This document shows, piece by piece, positions 39,906 through 52,669 of a stretch of DNA of 64,000 nucleotides. Each line of letters opens with the position of its first letter. The stretch's first letter is position 1. A model generated the notes under the pieces. That model had not been told where the DNA came from. It saw only the letters and a program-made list of their open reading frames with translations, and searched no databases. The stretch comes from Mytilus trossulus (taxonomy: Eukaryota), in the NCBI RefSeq assembly GCF_036588685.1, contig NC_086377.1, positions 25,296,001 through 25,360,000 of the forward strand, read 5' to 3'. Position numbers and translations under genes: made by a program.

Positions 39906-40588
39906 AAGGGACACCAAGTTACGAGATACAACATATTATATAAGATTTTGTTTGTTCAATCATTAATGAAAGTAAACTTATAGTGAAATAATACATCGCT
40001 TAGAAGCCAATATGGTCCAAATTTGCCAAAATTAACCTAAAAACATTTGATAATGAATTATCCACTGGCAATAATTCGACCTCATTGAATCTGTATTCAT
40101 CTGATATTCAATTTAACCCCTTAGCTAAAGATGAATACTGCATGCATTGTCCGTGTTCAACTATTTAAAGAAAAAGAATGTCCACATTGACAGTGAAACA
40201 AAGGTAAATCATTTTATTGATTGATTAGATTAACAAAAGATCATTAGTCTTAATGAGGTAAAAACATGATTAACATATATTTTTAATCTATAATATGAAA
40301 GTTATCAAACATAGAAAAATCCAAATGCACGAGTCTGAAATTTATTTATATCTATATTCATGTTTACTAGTATATGGCAATCGGAGGTATTCGGGGACCA
40401 GCTCGACAGCTAATTGGATGGCGTCTTATCTAAAATACATACGCAAAAAAGCTACCAATTATCAAGCCAATGCCCGGTATATTGTTAATTGTAGACTTTT
40501 TATGATTAATGAAATCTTTACATTGTATATTATTCAAACATGAGAATTTGAGTCAAATCTGTGAACATGAATTGACAGCTAGTGCCCT
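39906..40588. mobile_element. Decayed Kolobok-like non-autonomous element; partial copy at ~36340-36620
   Basis: TTAAAGGGACAC... start and ...AGCTAGTGCCCTTT end. Internal ATAATGAAT..CACTGGCAA...TGAATC.GTATTC...TTAGCTA is shared with the VMO1 intron-1 copy that starts AAGGGGCATTAGCT. Confidence 0.5.
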
Positions 40589-40991
40589 TTTTCATCCGTT
40601 GAATATATACGTATCATTTCAACGTTATTCATTTCGAAAGCCCTTAGGATATAGTGGTAGTATTTGACTATATAATAGTAGTGTAGTCCTAAATTTTTGA
40701 CACGAAATTTGCTTTTAATAGTGAGACATTTATTTGTAAAGAATAAATTACAGACAGGATCAAAGGTACCATACAGGTCAGTTCCATTACTGCAATTTTT
40801 TCAATGTTTAAAAGTAACTCACGACTTTTCAAGGCTCGGGTCGATTTATAGATTGAAATCTCGCGTTGAATGACACCTGTTGTTGTAGAATGTATACTGA
40901 CTTCCATATGTCTTTAATGTTAGTGTTGATTTAGTTGCTGTCTCATTTACGTATACCCAATTTGTTTTTATTTATTTTGATTTGCACTAAG

Positions 40992-43900
40992 GTGAGGAAT
41001 GTCCTACACGTGGTACGTCAAAACAGATGCGATGTAAGAATGGTAATTGTATACCAATAGAATGGAAATGTGACGGAGAAAGAGATTGTGGACCAAATGA
41101 TAATACGGATGAAGCTAATTGTAAACTTTCAGGTAATTTAATTTTACCTACTTGAATCACTTTTTCGAATCTTCAATTTCTTGCTTAGTGAGATCGTCTA
41201 ATCTAATGAACTAACTAAAACCATTGTAAGACAAAACATCAAGAAGTGGTATTTTTGCAGTTAACATTTCGTCATACGAATGTTTGAACTTTTGCAATTG
41301 AATTGAACTCTGTCATACATTTATGTGAGCAACCCTAGATGGAATTGCAATGAACTTTATTTTGAAAACTCCTTAATATCCATTGCTAAACAATACAAAT
41401 CAGATGAAACAAAATGACAGTTTTGAATTAATTAGACTATGGTATCTGGACGAATTGGCACAGTTAAACACAATAACATGCATATGTATGACAACTGATT
41501 AAAACGTTCTGATACATTTCTCATTGTATTGCTTAAGGGCATACGATACAGTTACAGGGGAGGTAACGACGTTGCTAACGTAAAATGTTATTTTCGCGAC
41601 ATCAAACTGTGACATATCGAGAAAAGATGCATTTTCGACTGATTTTTATCATTCAAACTGATTTAATTTGAAAACGAGTTCATGGACCCCTATTTTTCAA
41701 AACAGCAATTTGTTTTATTTTGTAGGGAGATTATGTGACCCAAATTTTATAAAACTGTAAATAGAGGATTTTTAAAATTTTGATAAACATGCAGGAAAAA
41801 AAACGTATTTTCCTCAATTGATGAACATTTGATAAATATGAGTTATTTCTGAATAACACATGCATAATGTTTTATGATACTTATAAAATACAGAAATTAC
41901 CGATTATTTAACATAAAAAAATTTGTGTTTATCTTGTATAACAAAAAAGTTATGTCTTTCTTTCGAAAAAGAAATTACGGCCACAAATCTGAATTTTGAG
42001 CAAATATACAAAATTTCGACCTCATTTTACTCAAAAAGTAGCACATGAAGGTATATTTTTTATTACATATTTGATTTAATCAGGTAAAAAATAGCCTATA
42101 TGGAAATTTTCACGAACTTGTAAATACAGGATTAAAACTGTATCGTATGCCCTTAAGTTGTGTATGTTAAAAACTAGAACCTGGTTAGTTATTTACCATT
42201 CTCTAGGCTTTTTATCTTGGGATTGATATACAAACGGTTACTAGCTCAATAAATCGTATACTAGTTGTAAGTAAATGTCAATTCCATGAAATTACTGCTG
42301 TATTATGTTTAATACGTGGCACATACTTATCACTTTTTTTTATGTCGTAACCAGCTGATAACTGTAAAAAGATTCCCGGGAGATATTTCCGATGTGAGCG
42401 ATCTGGTTCCTGTATTCCTCAGCAATGGCGATGTGATGGAGACACTGACTGTGGACCAGGTGACAGAACAGATGAACAAAATTGTAGTGAATTATTAGGT
42501 AGGGTTTGTTCAAATTGGCTCATTTAGCATGTACTGACACTAGTTTTGCAGATGCATTCAGGAGTATTGTAATGTTTGGTCCGATTTCAAATATAGTAAA
42601 AAATAAAACGTTTTAAAAATAATCAATATATCTTGTTCGATTCTATATTCTAAAAAAAACTTATATGTGATGCACTTAATCATGTCATTTCAAGAACAGG
42701 GATACCCTACCCACTCACATCCAAAATATATTACGTTTGGAAGGAGAAAATCGCATAAAACTAATAGATTGCAAGCTAACTTGAGATATGACACCGATTC
42801 ATATGCACATCAATTCTAACATGAATATTGTCGTTTGATGTGTTTGGGCTTTTGATCTTATCGTTTGTTTAGTGATTTTCCGTTCTGATTTTTCATTCCA
42901 GTGAGATATTCTATTATGATTTTGCTTTTGTACCATTTGTCAGGAGAATGCAGTCAAACATCCTTCAAGTGTGACATCGATAAGTGTATACCAAGTATAT
43001 GGCAATGTGATGGACGCCATGACTGTCGGGATCACAGTGATGAACACGACTGTTTTGTTGAAGGTAAGTATGTTACTATTGCATCAATACACGTTCTATC
43101 GAAAATGTACGTATCATGTACTACGGAATCAACATTTCGTAACCAATATTACGTAAAATATAGAACTGAAATGGGGAATATGTCAAACAGTCAACAACCT
43201 TACAAAAGAGCAGATAACAGCCGAAGATTACATATATAAGGAAATGAAACTAAAAATCACACAAGATTAACAAATGACAGAGGATTTTGCTTCGGACAGT
43301 AGTGAAAATGCTGCGGGTACATGTTTATTGAGATCTCAACTCTCGCCCTATACCTCTTTATTATATCGATTACTAGTATTTACCATTAGACACAGATATG
43401 AGATAATTATTTTGATTATAAGGAATGCTAACTACAAGTAATAGAAAGAAACTTGAGATGGGAGTTCTAAGTTGTGTAGTAATTTACCATATGTGTCTTC
43501 CCCTGGACTTTGGAGATAGCTGAATATCATTCTTGTTGCTCATATCGAACTTTAAAAGTAACTTACAAGTTGATTTCATTCGTAGCGAAAGATGCGTGCG
43601 ACGCTAAAACCAGCTTCCGTTGTTCTGTCAGTAAAGACTGCATATATAAAGGATGGAAGTGTGATGGTGAATTTGATTGTGGAGCAGACGATACGTCAGA
43701 TGAGAATGACTGTGAAGCAGGTTAGACTCACAACAGCATTGCACATTCAGCGTTTCATTCTATTTAATAGTGTCGAAAGCTTACACCAAAACTTTATGAT
43801 TGGTTTTAGACTTACTTCACAATGGAATTTCAACCAATGACGTAAAGTTATATTCATTATAGTGTACGATCGCTTAAAATACCCATAGTTCATTATATAT

Positions 43901-45942
43901 TATAAATAAACTCATCATAGATACCAGGACTAAATTTAGTATATACGCCAGACGTGCGTTTCGTCTACAAAAGACTCATCAGTGACGCTCAAATTCAAAA
44001 AAGTTAAAAAGGCCAAATAAAGTACGAAGATGAGGAGCATTGAGGACCCAAATTCCTAAAAGTTTTGCCAAAAACAACTAAGTTAATCTATGCCTGAGGT
44101 AGAAAAGGCTCAGTTTTTCAACAAATTCAAAAATTTGTAAACAGTAAATTTATAAATATTACCATATCAATGACACTTCATGTCAGCACAAAACATGATG
44201 ACTACTAGGCTTATGATACATTGTACCCTAAACGTGATACGTATATTTAAATGTGAATTTAATATACAATTGTTCTTTCTATAGTAATTATTTACAACCC
44301 TCATCTCCTTTTATAAACCGAAAGGAAATGAAATACTAAACTATTGTGCGGGTTAAATATTTGAAAAAATTCTTTCAAAAAGTCGACAACAGTTATTCAT
44401 AACTACTTTTTAAATGTGATCAAGAAATTTAACGGCAAATGTAAGGTTAAATTAAAGGTCTTAAAAAGCAAACATGGCATGTTAATAGGCTCACCCAAGA
44501 AACGCTAATTCTCTGTTTTTAAATCAGTCATCTGTATATATTGTCAATTCCATATCATTTTGACGAGCAGTTAAACTGAACCATTTTTGAAAAGACTCGA
44601 ACAAACTAGAGGCGCCTGTCGTAAAACAGGGCAATAACGTATTAGTAGATGTCTTACAAACCTTTTTTTTTTACACAAAAAAATAAATAAAATTGTAGTC
44701 TGAATATCACTTTATTTGCCCTTTGCTTCTTAATCACTGTATACTAGTTTGAACTAGTGGTGTTTTAAAACAAATGCATTCCAAAAGCAGGGCTCCATTT
44801 CTTTAATATTAAAATCAAAGACATTTTTTATATCAACTTTAAACTTTTAATCAGGGATTTTAAATAATTTTTTAGCACTTATTTCAATGATTTAATAAGA
44901 TTCCTAACTATTTAAGGGATTTTACAAAATCACTGGGATTAAAAATTCACTGAACATTGCATGTTGTATAAAAAAGTACAATGTCACTGTAACTATTAGT
45001 GATTTTAAAATCAATTATTATTCAAGGTATTTTTTCCATTATCCTTGATTTACAAATTAAATGTAACATATTCACCAATGCAAATTTGACAAAATCACGA
45101 ATTATTCCAGGGAATTTTACATAATCTCTGATGTTACGAATTCATTGAAACAAATACACATATGTTAATAAATAATGAAAGCGTAGCATACAAGTTTATA
45201 GTCGTGTAAACATAACTATTTATGAATTCTCTATAACTCAAGGAGAAGTTTATCTAGCTGTAAAACCAGGATGTATTCACATAACGAATGTATTTCTCAA
45301 GCCAGACGTTCGCACTTGTTTTTCATTAGTTTGTACTATTTGAGCTTTTGATTTACCATTTTGCTTTTATGACTTTCCGTTTTCTATTTTCCCTAGGTGT
45401 TGGTATTTTTGTTAATTAAGTTTTTTTTTATCATAATTTGTTTTTAACAAACTGAATACTTTTTACGAAACAATAAAATTATCAGAAATGTATGAACCAA
45501 ACAAGAGTGTATTATCGCAATATATTGAATTCATGATGTTTTCAGCCTGAATAAGAAAAAGAGAAAGAAATTCGCATATAAATAAAGGCAACAGTAGTAT
45601 ACCGCTGTTCAAAACTCGTAAATCTACGGACTTAAAACAAAATCGGGGTAACAAACTAAAACTGAGGGAAACGCATTAAATATAAGAGGAGAACAACGAC
45701 ATAACATTAACATGCAACACACACAGAAACAGACTAAGCATGAGACAAAATCTGATGAGAAAAATTACGTTTGCATATTTCATGCAATTGATTTAAACAT
45801 TTTCTTTTTATCGGTAGATTTTTGCAGTTATAAAGAATATGAATGTAAATCTGGAGAGTGCATCCCTTTAAATTGGACATGTGATAATGAATACGATTGT
45901 TCTGATGGATCAGATGAAAATGAGGCTATCTGCTCACTCTGA
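40992..45942 (+). CDS. Protein of five LDL-receptor class A modules (first coding exon not securely identified)
   Basis: Phase-1 GT-AG exons 40992-41132, 42355-42498, 42944-43063, 43586-43720 and 45818-45942. Each holds one 6-Cys module with CI..W.CD...DC...(S/T)DE..C. Stop after EAICSL; AATAAA at ~45969. Confidence 0.85.
41537..42152. mobile_element. Non-autonomous Kolobok-like transposon, copy 2
   Basis: Same 17-bp TIR and internal sequence as 7750-8369. TTAA at 41533-41536 and 42153-42156. Confidence 0.9.
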
Positions 45943-46269
45943 ATTAACTCTTTTCTTACATATAATTTAATAAAAAAAAAGTATCATGTATACCAGTATG
46001 TTTAGTATTCAATATTGATATAGACTTATTCATCAAGTTTAGTTTTGACAATGAGAGTACACTATATTATTAAGTGAACATCATCATTCCTCTTGAGAAA
46101 CATATGTATTTAGTGTCCTTCACGTGAATAAAATAACTTATCTATCAGGTACGGGTGAAAAGGGCTGTATGATGCTCTTTGAAACACAAGTCCTTGAGTT
46201 ATATAAGTGGTCAAAATGTAATGTGCTGTATTTTAGATATTCAACACCCTAATCCGGCACGTAACAAGT

Positions 46270-46390
46270 GCGTTTGACATCTAATTGACTACGATTTGAA
46301 ATTTTCCTACCGAAGATCGGTGGTTCTCTCCAGGCACTATGGCTTTTCAACCAACTGCGCTATAGTGTTTAAAGTATATCATCAACCATA
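46270..46390 (+). repeat. Possible degenerate SINE core (V-domain-like)
   Basis: CGGTGGTTCTCTCCAGGCACTATGGCTTTTC resembles the GGTTTTCTCCGGGTACTCCGGTTTCC core of V/Meta SINEs. Recognised from memory; heavily decayed. Confidence 0.35.
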
Positions 46391-47077
46391 AAAAATGTTT
46401 TGGCAATACAACAAATTATGAACTGTTGTCAGATCAGTTTCTAAAATATACAAATAATTAAGTGTCCCATATAAAATCAGAATACATGTACTCTATCTCC
46501 GTATGAATGCAATATAATTTGAATCTGTTTTTTTCTTCTTGTATTTATTCGAACTAGTTTGATTTTGATCTTTTAAAAGAGGACGAAAAATACCAAAGTG
46601 ACAGTCAAACTCATAAATCTAAAACAAACTGACAACGCCATGGCCAAAGAAAAGAAAAAGACAAACAATAGTACACATGACACAATTTCATTTATCCATA
46701 AGTTTAGAATAATGAATACTTCCAATGTTTGTTGTTGAAATGACAGATACATGTAGTCGACACTATTGCTTGACGACACAAACAATGAATGTAGGAAATG
46801 TATGCAATACATTTTCGAATATCTAAAGTACTATCCATGTAGTGTAGGTATATTTTGATTTATGATTTAAAATTCATGAAAGATATTTGTTTAAAAGTTG
46901 TGTTTTGATTAAAAAAAAAACTAATATGGTTTCAATCTATTTGTGAATTCGAAAAGATGAATAATAATATATTAATGTATTTATTGATAAAAACTTAAGA
47001 AACGCTAGTAACTGTCCACTCGAAGGATTTATTCTTAGAAAATGTTCTAAAATGGTGTAATTATACATCGAGTCATG

Positions 47078-49588
47078 TCATAAATTAGAGCATCCTTCCT
47101 CGTCTGACTGATCGCTAGTCCCGCAATCAAACTCCCCATCACATTTCCATTTCAAGATGATACACCTCCCACTTCCTGTACACCGGAAGTGATAATCTGG
47201 ATCAAGATCACAGTAGTCTGTAAAAAATGTACATTCCGTTATAGATAATGCATAACAAGGGTTTCTTGAAATATAACACCACCAAGGGGTAGCAGGATTG
47301 GTATAAAGGCTGACTGTAAGCAGTGTGTAGAAGGGCAATTCTGACACCGAATATATCGATAATTTGTTTATGAATCAGGTATAGCTAGCTAAATACATTT
47401 TGAGGAGACCAGATAGCAAGTAAGAGAAACTTAGCTATCACACCTAGACTGCAAAAACGTTTTTATAAATATTATTATTCTTTCATTTCAAAACAACCTA
47501 GACATATACATACATTATTAACATCTTTCTGCATGCTGCCTAAACCAAAGCTACAGTTGCGATCGAATTACACGATGTGCAAGACTGGATTCTTACTTTT
47601 TTTTTTTATGAAAAGAACATCCGATTTCAACTCGGATATACTTTTAGTCGAGTATCAATTGTACCTTACCTTTTCCTGCACATTGGGTCTCGTCAGAGCT
47701 ATCCGGGCAGTCAGGAACTCCATCACACAACCATCTTTGTGGAATGCATCTCCCACATTCACACTTATATCCCGAGCATTGGCCTTAGATTATAAATAAA
47801 AATATAATGCATAGTTATATCATGAATACAAACAGTTTTATAAAGATTATAATTTAGTCATTTATTGGAAATACGAATGAAAAACAAAACTCTGGGTATA
47901 TAAACCAATTTCCTTTGAAAAAAGAAATGTGTAACCTTTCACGAATTTGAATTTATTTGGCTGCATTCAAAATGACCAATAAAAAAGATCTGAAGTGACA
48001 GCTGTATGTCCTCGAAATACTCTTCACAAAACATTAAGGTAATTTTTATAGAATTATGAACGAACTATCTTAAAATAGCTTAATCTAACTTAAATTAGAT
48101 TCTTGACCTAGTATATATGACAATTTCGGCTAAATGAATCAGCGGTGAGTAGATTTAAAAATTGTGAATATTAATTGTTGAAGCATCGGTGAATAGAATA
48201 CGCAGTATACTAAAGTCGGTCTAAGCATTACAATAGAGATCCTTTAGAATAAAGCACATTTGTTGGTGCTTATGATAAGAATCCACTCTATTTCATATAT
48301 AATAATGTATATAAAAATGTACCACAAGCATCTTCGTCAGAGGTATCATCTGCGCCGCAGTCAGAGTCTCCGTCACATCTCCAACTAGATGGTATACATC
48401 TGCAATTTTTGCATTGAAAATATCCACTGGAACATAGTGCGCAGATCGTGTCCTCTTCTATTTCTGCAATATACATGTATATACAATATTAAGTAGTATT
48501 TTAATGGCTTTATGTAATACCGTTTAGCATTGTTATGATCAATACATATAACTAATATCTATAAACTGATGAGGTCAACATTTACTCTAAATGAAATTAC
48601 TCTAGGCAGTCATCTTTTAATTGAAACAGAGAACGTGATCATGTATTTTCCCCAATGTAAACGCAATATACATTCGTCTATCGGAATGTTATCTTTTGAT
48701 GTTTGGTTGAATTCTTAGAAATAAACAATAGAGAAATATTCATTGACAAAACTAAAACAAAACCTGTCAACTCAGAGAGATTATTTACCGGGTTTTAATA
48801 AAATAACATGAGCAACACGACGTCTGCCACATGTGAAGCAGGATCTGCTCAACCTTCCGAAGCACACGAGATCACCCCCGTTTATGGTGGGATTCTTTAG
48901 TTTTCAGTGCTTTCATGGTTGTGTCTTGTGTACTATTATTAGTCTGTTTGTCTTTATCTTTTTTAGCCATGCATGACTTTGTCAGTTAATGTTCGATCTA
49001 TGAGTTTGACTGTCCCTCTGGATTCTTTTGTCCTTCACTCAGATGTCATGGAAAGGAAAACAATTATAATTGTACATAATATAATGTTCATGGAAACCAG
49101 GCAACAATTCTGCGATAACATGTCATGGAAATAGAACAGGAAGGACTATGGTACAAGTGGAACAGATAAATAAAGCATATATATTAATTGTGCAATATAG
49201 GTAAAAAAGAAATATAAACCCAACAGTACCATCAAACTTTAAAGTTTTAGAAACCCCTGTATATCTTCTCGTTTTGACAGAAAAAACGTTTATCTTATGC
49301 TGATGTCGATTTCTTTTTTTCTATCTCCCCAATTTTTTTGGGCGTTGTCTTTATTCAGATATATCATCGTGGAATATGCATTTGTATCATTCAAAAAAAG
49401 TTTGTTGTATAATAAAGACAACTTTTAAAAGTCTTATGTGAAACGCTAGTTGATATTGTGTAGTTACCAAATCGTGAACTATTCAAGATACGAATAAAAG
49501 TAAAGATGCACTTACCTTGACTAATAACAGAACAATGAACAATTCTAATAAAATGGAATATTGAAATGAAAACAAAATAATTGTTCAT
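47078..49588 (-). CDS. Small secreted protein: signal peptide plus three LDL-receptor class A modules (~155 aa)
   Basis: Phase-1 GT-AG exons: 49588-49516 ([24 protein letters not shown]), 48463-48323 ([11 protein letters not shown]...[20 protein letters not shown]), 47783-47670 ([38 protein letters not shown]), 47217-47078 (DYCDLD...[23 protein letters not shown]). AATAAA on - at 47033-47028. Confidence 0.85.
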
Positions 49589-50485
49589 ATCTCTGTTTCT
49601 ATAATAACGAGTTACAAAAACATATTTAAACAGTCTCCATGACAAATGCATTGTTAATTATCACATGTTGGTTGCTAGTTAGCTAGATGTAAAATATTAT
49701 TCAAGGTTAAATTTGCAAAGCTACTTTCAGAATCTTAATTTAAACGTTAAAATATTTTTTTCACTTTTCCTTATGTAAATGTTATTCCATTTAAATGGGA
49801 GAAAATGTCAATTCTAACAATGTTATTGACTATTCTTCTAATGTACATTTAGTAACATCCATATTATTTCTATAATGGTAGTAGGTAGGTAATAATAACA
49901 ATATAAATAAATGAAAGTGGTTTGACATTTCATGTTGAAGTATCTTTGTATAGAATTATTTCTAAAATGTCAATTATTGCCATCCCAATATAAGATACAG
50001 CAATCAATTTCAAAACTCATTAAACTTTAACATGTTTGAAATAATTGATGGTGATAGACATGAAAGAGACATTGAAGGTACGTAGTAGATAATAAAACTC
50101 GAATATGAACTGATTATTACATAAAGACATACTGTTTCCCTGTAAAACAGCAAAGTGCAAATCATATACAGATATATATTATAAAATTAAGAGGATGATA
50201 ATTGTTATGTGCATATTCTAAAATATATAACAGTGAACGTTATACACGCGTCACGTCCTCATATGCCGTTAAATTCACCTAGCAGGAATACAAAATTTAT
50301 ATAATATAAGAATGGACATTCCGGCTAGTGTTTTGTGTATTATCTTATTCAGCAAAAAGAGAAAAATGCAAAATATAAAAATATTATAACGATATTTACT
50401 TTTTACACGTTAGCGATAACGTTTATAGCAGCAGTGATGGTTGAGGTAATATGGGTCACTGTTTATAAAAAAAGTAATTGATTAT

Positions 50486-51197
50486 CAGTCAGGGCATTAC
50501 TTTAACAAATAACATTTAAAATTACCTATATAAGTAATGTGGAAAACGAGGCTATTTTAAATATTACTTATATAAGTAACTTTTCTAAACATTATTTTTA
50601 TAGGTGTCCAACTATACATATGTTAATAGCTTTAACAATTTTTTGCAGTCATCTGGTTATATTTCCCATGAAATATGAAATATAATCTTTCTGAAACACT
50701 TATTGCCTTTCTGACACACTTTTCTTTCATATCGACACTTTTGCAAATGTTTTGGGTCAAAAATTGATCTCTTGGGACTATTAAAATATCATTTTCTTCA
50801 ACAATCTGAAGGTAGACAGATATAAATAGATAGAAACTTGTGAATTAATTAAGACTTGAAGTTATTTATAATTTGAAACCCAAAACAGTTACATATGTTC
50901 CTTAAATAAGTGTTATTACTTATTCTTTCAAAGATATATAAAATAACTTATTGAAGTAATATTTTTTGTCATTATTTTATATTCAAGTAACCCTTAATCT
51001 CTATACTTCTCTTAAATCTAATAAATTCTTCATTTTATGATATGAACTGCTTTAAAAATTCATGAGAACTACATTTAGTCCATGCTTCTATTGAAATTCA
51101 AAATAACTCTATTAAGTTATTTTATAATTTAAAAAAAAACAAATTTTACTTATGTAAGTAACAAAAAAAAATATTGTTAAAGTAATGCCCCTGACTG
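50486..51197. mobile_element. Non-autonomous DNA transposon with 5-bp TSD (hAT5-like)
   Basis: TIR CAGTCAGGG(G)CATTACTTTAACAA. ATTAT at 50481-50485 and 51198-51202. Internal palindromes of TTACTTATATAAGTAA type. Confidence 0.8.
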
Positions 51198-52669
51198 ATT
51201 ATTGTGTATAATATTACTTTGATATATAACTATGATATTACCTTTAAATATAATTGTTATAGATAAAACAAATCCTCAATTATTGTTGGATGCACTCGGT
51301 TTTACTTATGAAATTGTATAAATATATGCAATTTATCAATAAAATGTTCATGATTGGAAATCCTTTTGATCCCCCTGAAGTAAATGCATACTTTGTTTTG
51401 TGGTCTTCAGATCGTTCAAAACTTAAAACTAACACTATTATTGTCTCAATCATACATTCAATTCTTTAAGTGGACTGTTCTGAACACATTTGTTATACCG
51501 CAATTTAGTCTGCATTAACTGAATTTGTTTGTAATCGACAATTCTAATTCATTTGATTACTTTGATTAAAAATTTGTGCATTTTCATGCACATGTAAACA
51601 CTATTTTGATTCTTTCTAAATCAAAGCTAAATGCGTCATCTACTAAAAGCAAGTTTTTGCCTCAAATGAAGAAAGTTAAACTATTTTTTTCGATTATCAA
51701 GTTTATAGTATTTTCATCAAAAGAATGTTCAATGTGAACAAATATGTAGTAAAAAAAGTAATGTTTTTTTGTAATCAGATAACAAACTTGTAAAGTTGTT
51801 TCATATGGGTTAAAAAAAAAAAGATCACATGTGTTTCAGCTTTGTCAATGTACAAGTTAACTCTTGAAACATATACCGAAAAGGTACCTAATAGTCAGCA
51901 ATAAAACAATTTAAACTCTGAATTGATGAGTTGTGCTCAGTTTTCCATATTTTGCAGAGTCCTGTATTCAGTGCGCTTGAATATGAAATGATAGGTATAT
52001 GACTTGGTAAAATATAAACAAATACATTTGAAAATAACTATCCCTTTTTTCTTATTATTGTTGATATTAATACGTTATGTAATTTATTTTTCTACGTCAT
52101 ATATTGAACGATATTCGAATATATCATATCGACGCACCTTGCTAGCCAGCAAATTGCTGAATGATTAAATCTATGTCTATATTTCAAGTATACCAAGGTC
52201 AATTACTGTTAACCTTATAAAAACATTTGATAGACATCAACTTGTTTTGCTAATAACACACTCATACTCTTCAAATAATTAAGGCGTGATATATCAGAAA
52301 CACGTCATATGTTTTCGTAATAGCAGATTTTTCTATGTTTTTTAATTTGTTTTGTCAATTTATTTCAGCAGCTGTACTTTTATTAATCAATTTGTACTCT
52401 TTGTATCGCCATTAAACATGATATCATCATTTTATTCAAATGTTTCAATTGGGAAACTACTTAGACTTTAAGAGATAAGTTGTACTGTAATACTTGTTAT
52501 GATTTATATTTTCCTACGATCATTATAAAACAATGTAACTTTTATTCTTTCAACACAACTCTGTAAACCATTCGTTACGTATTTGAGTGTTAAGCAACTA
52601 ATTCAAAGGAACCTAAACTGAATATTTTATAGCCGGTGCATAGTCAATGAATAAGTGTTGAGTTTAAAC

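Noticed and set aside
40992-49588. A single LDLR/LRP/vitellogenin-receptor gene
   Set aside because: The modules lie on opposite strands with separate stops and poly(A) signals, and no EGF, YWTD or TM exons were found.
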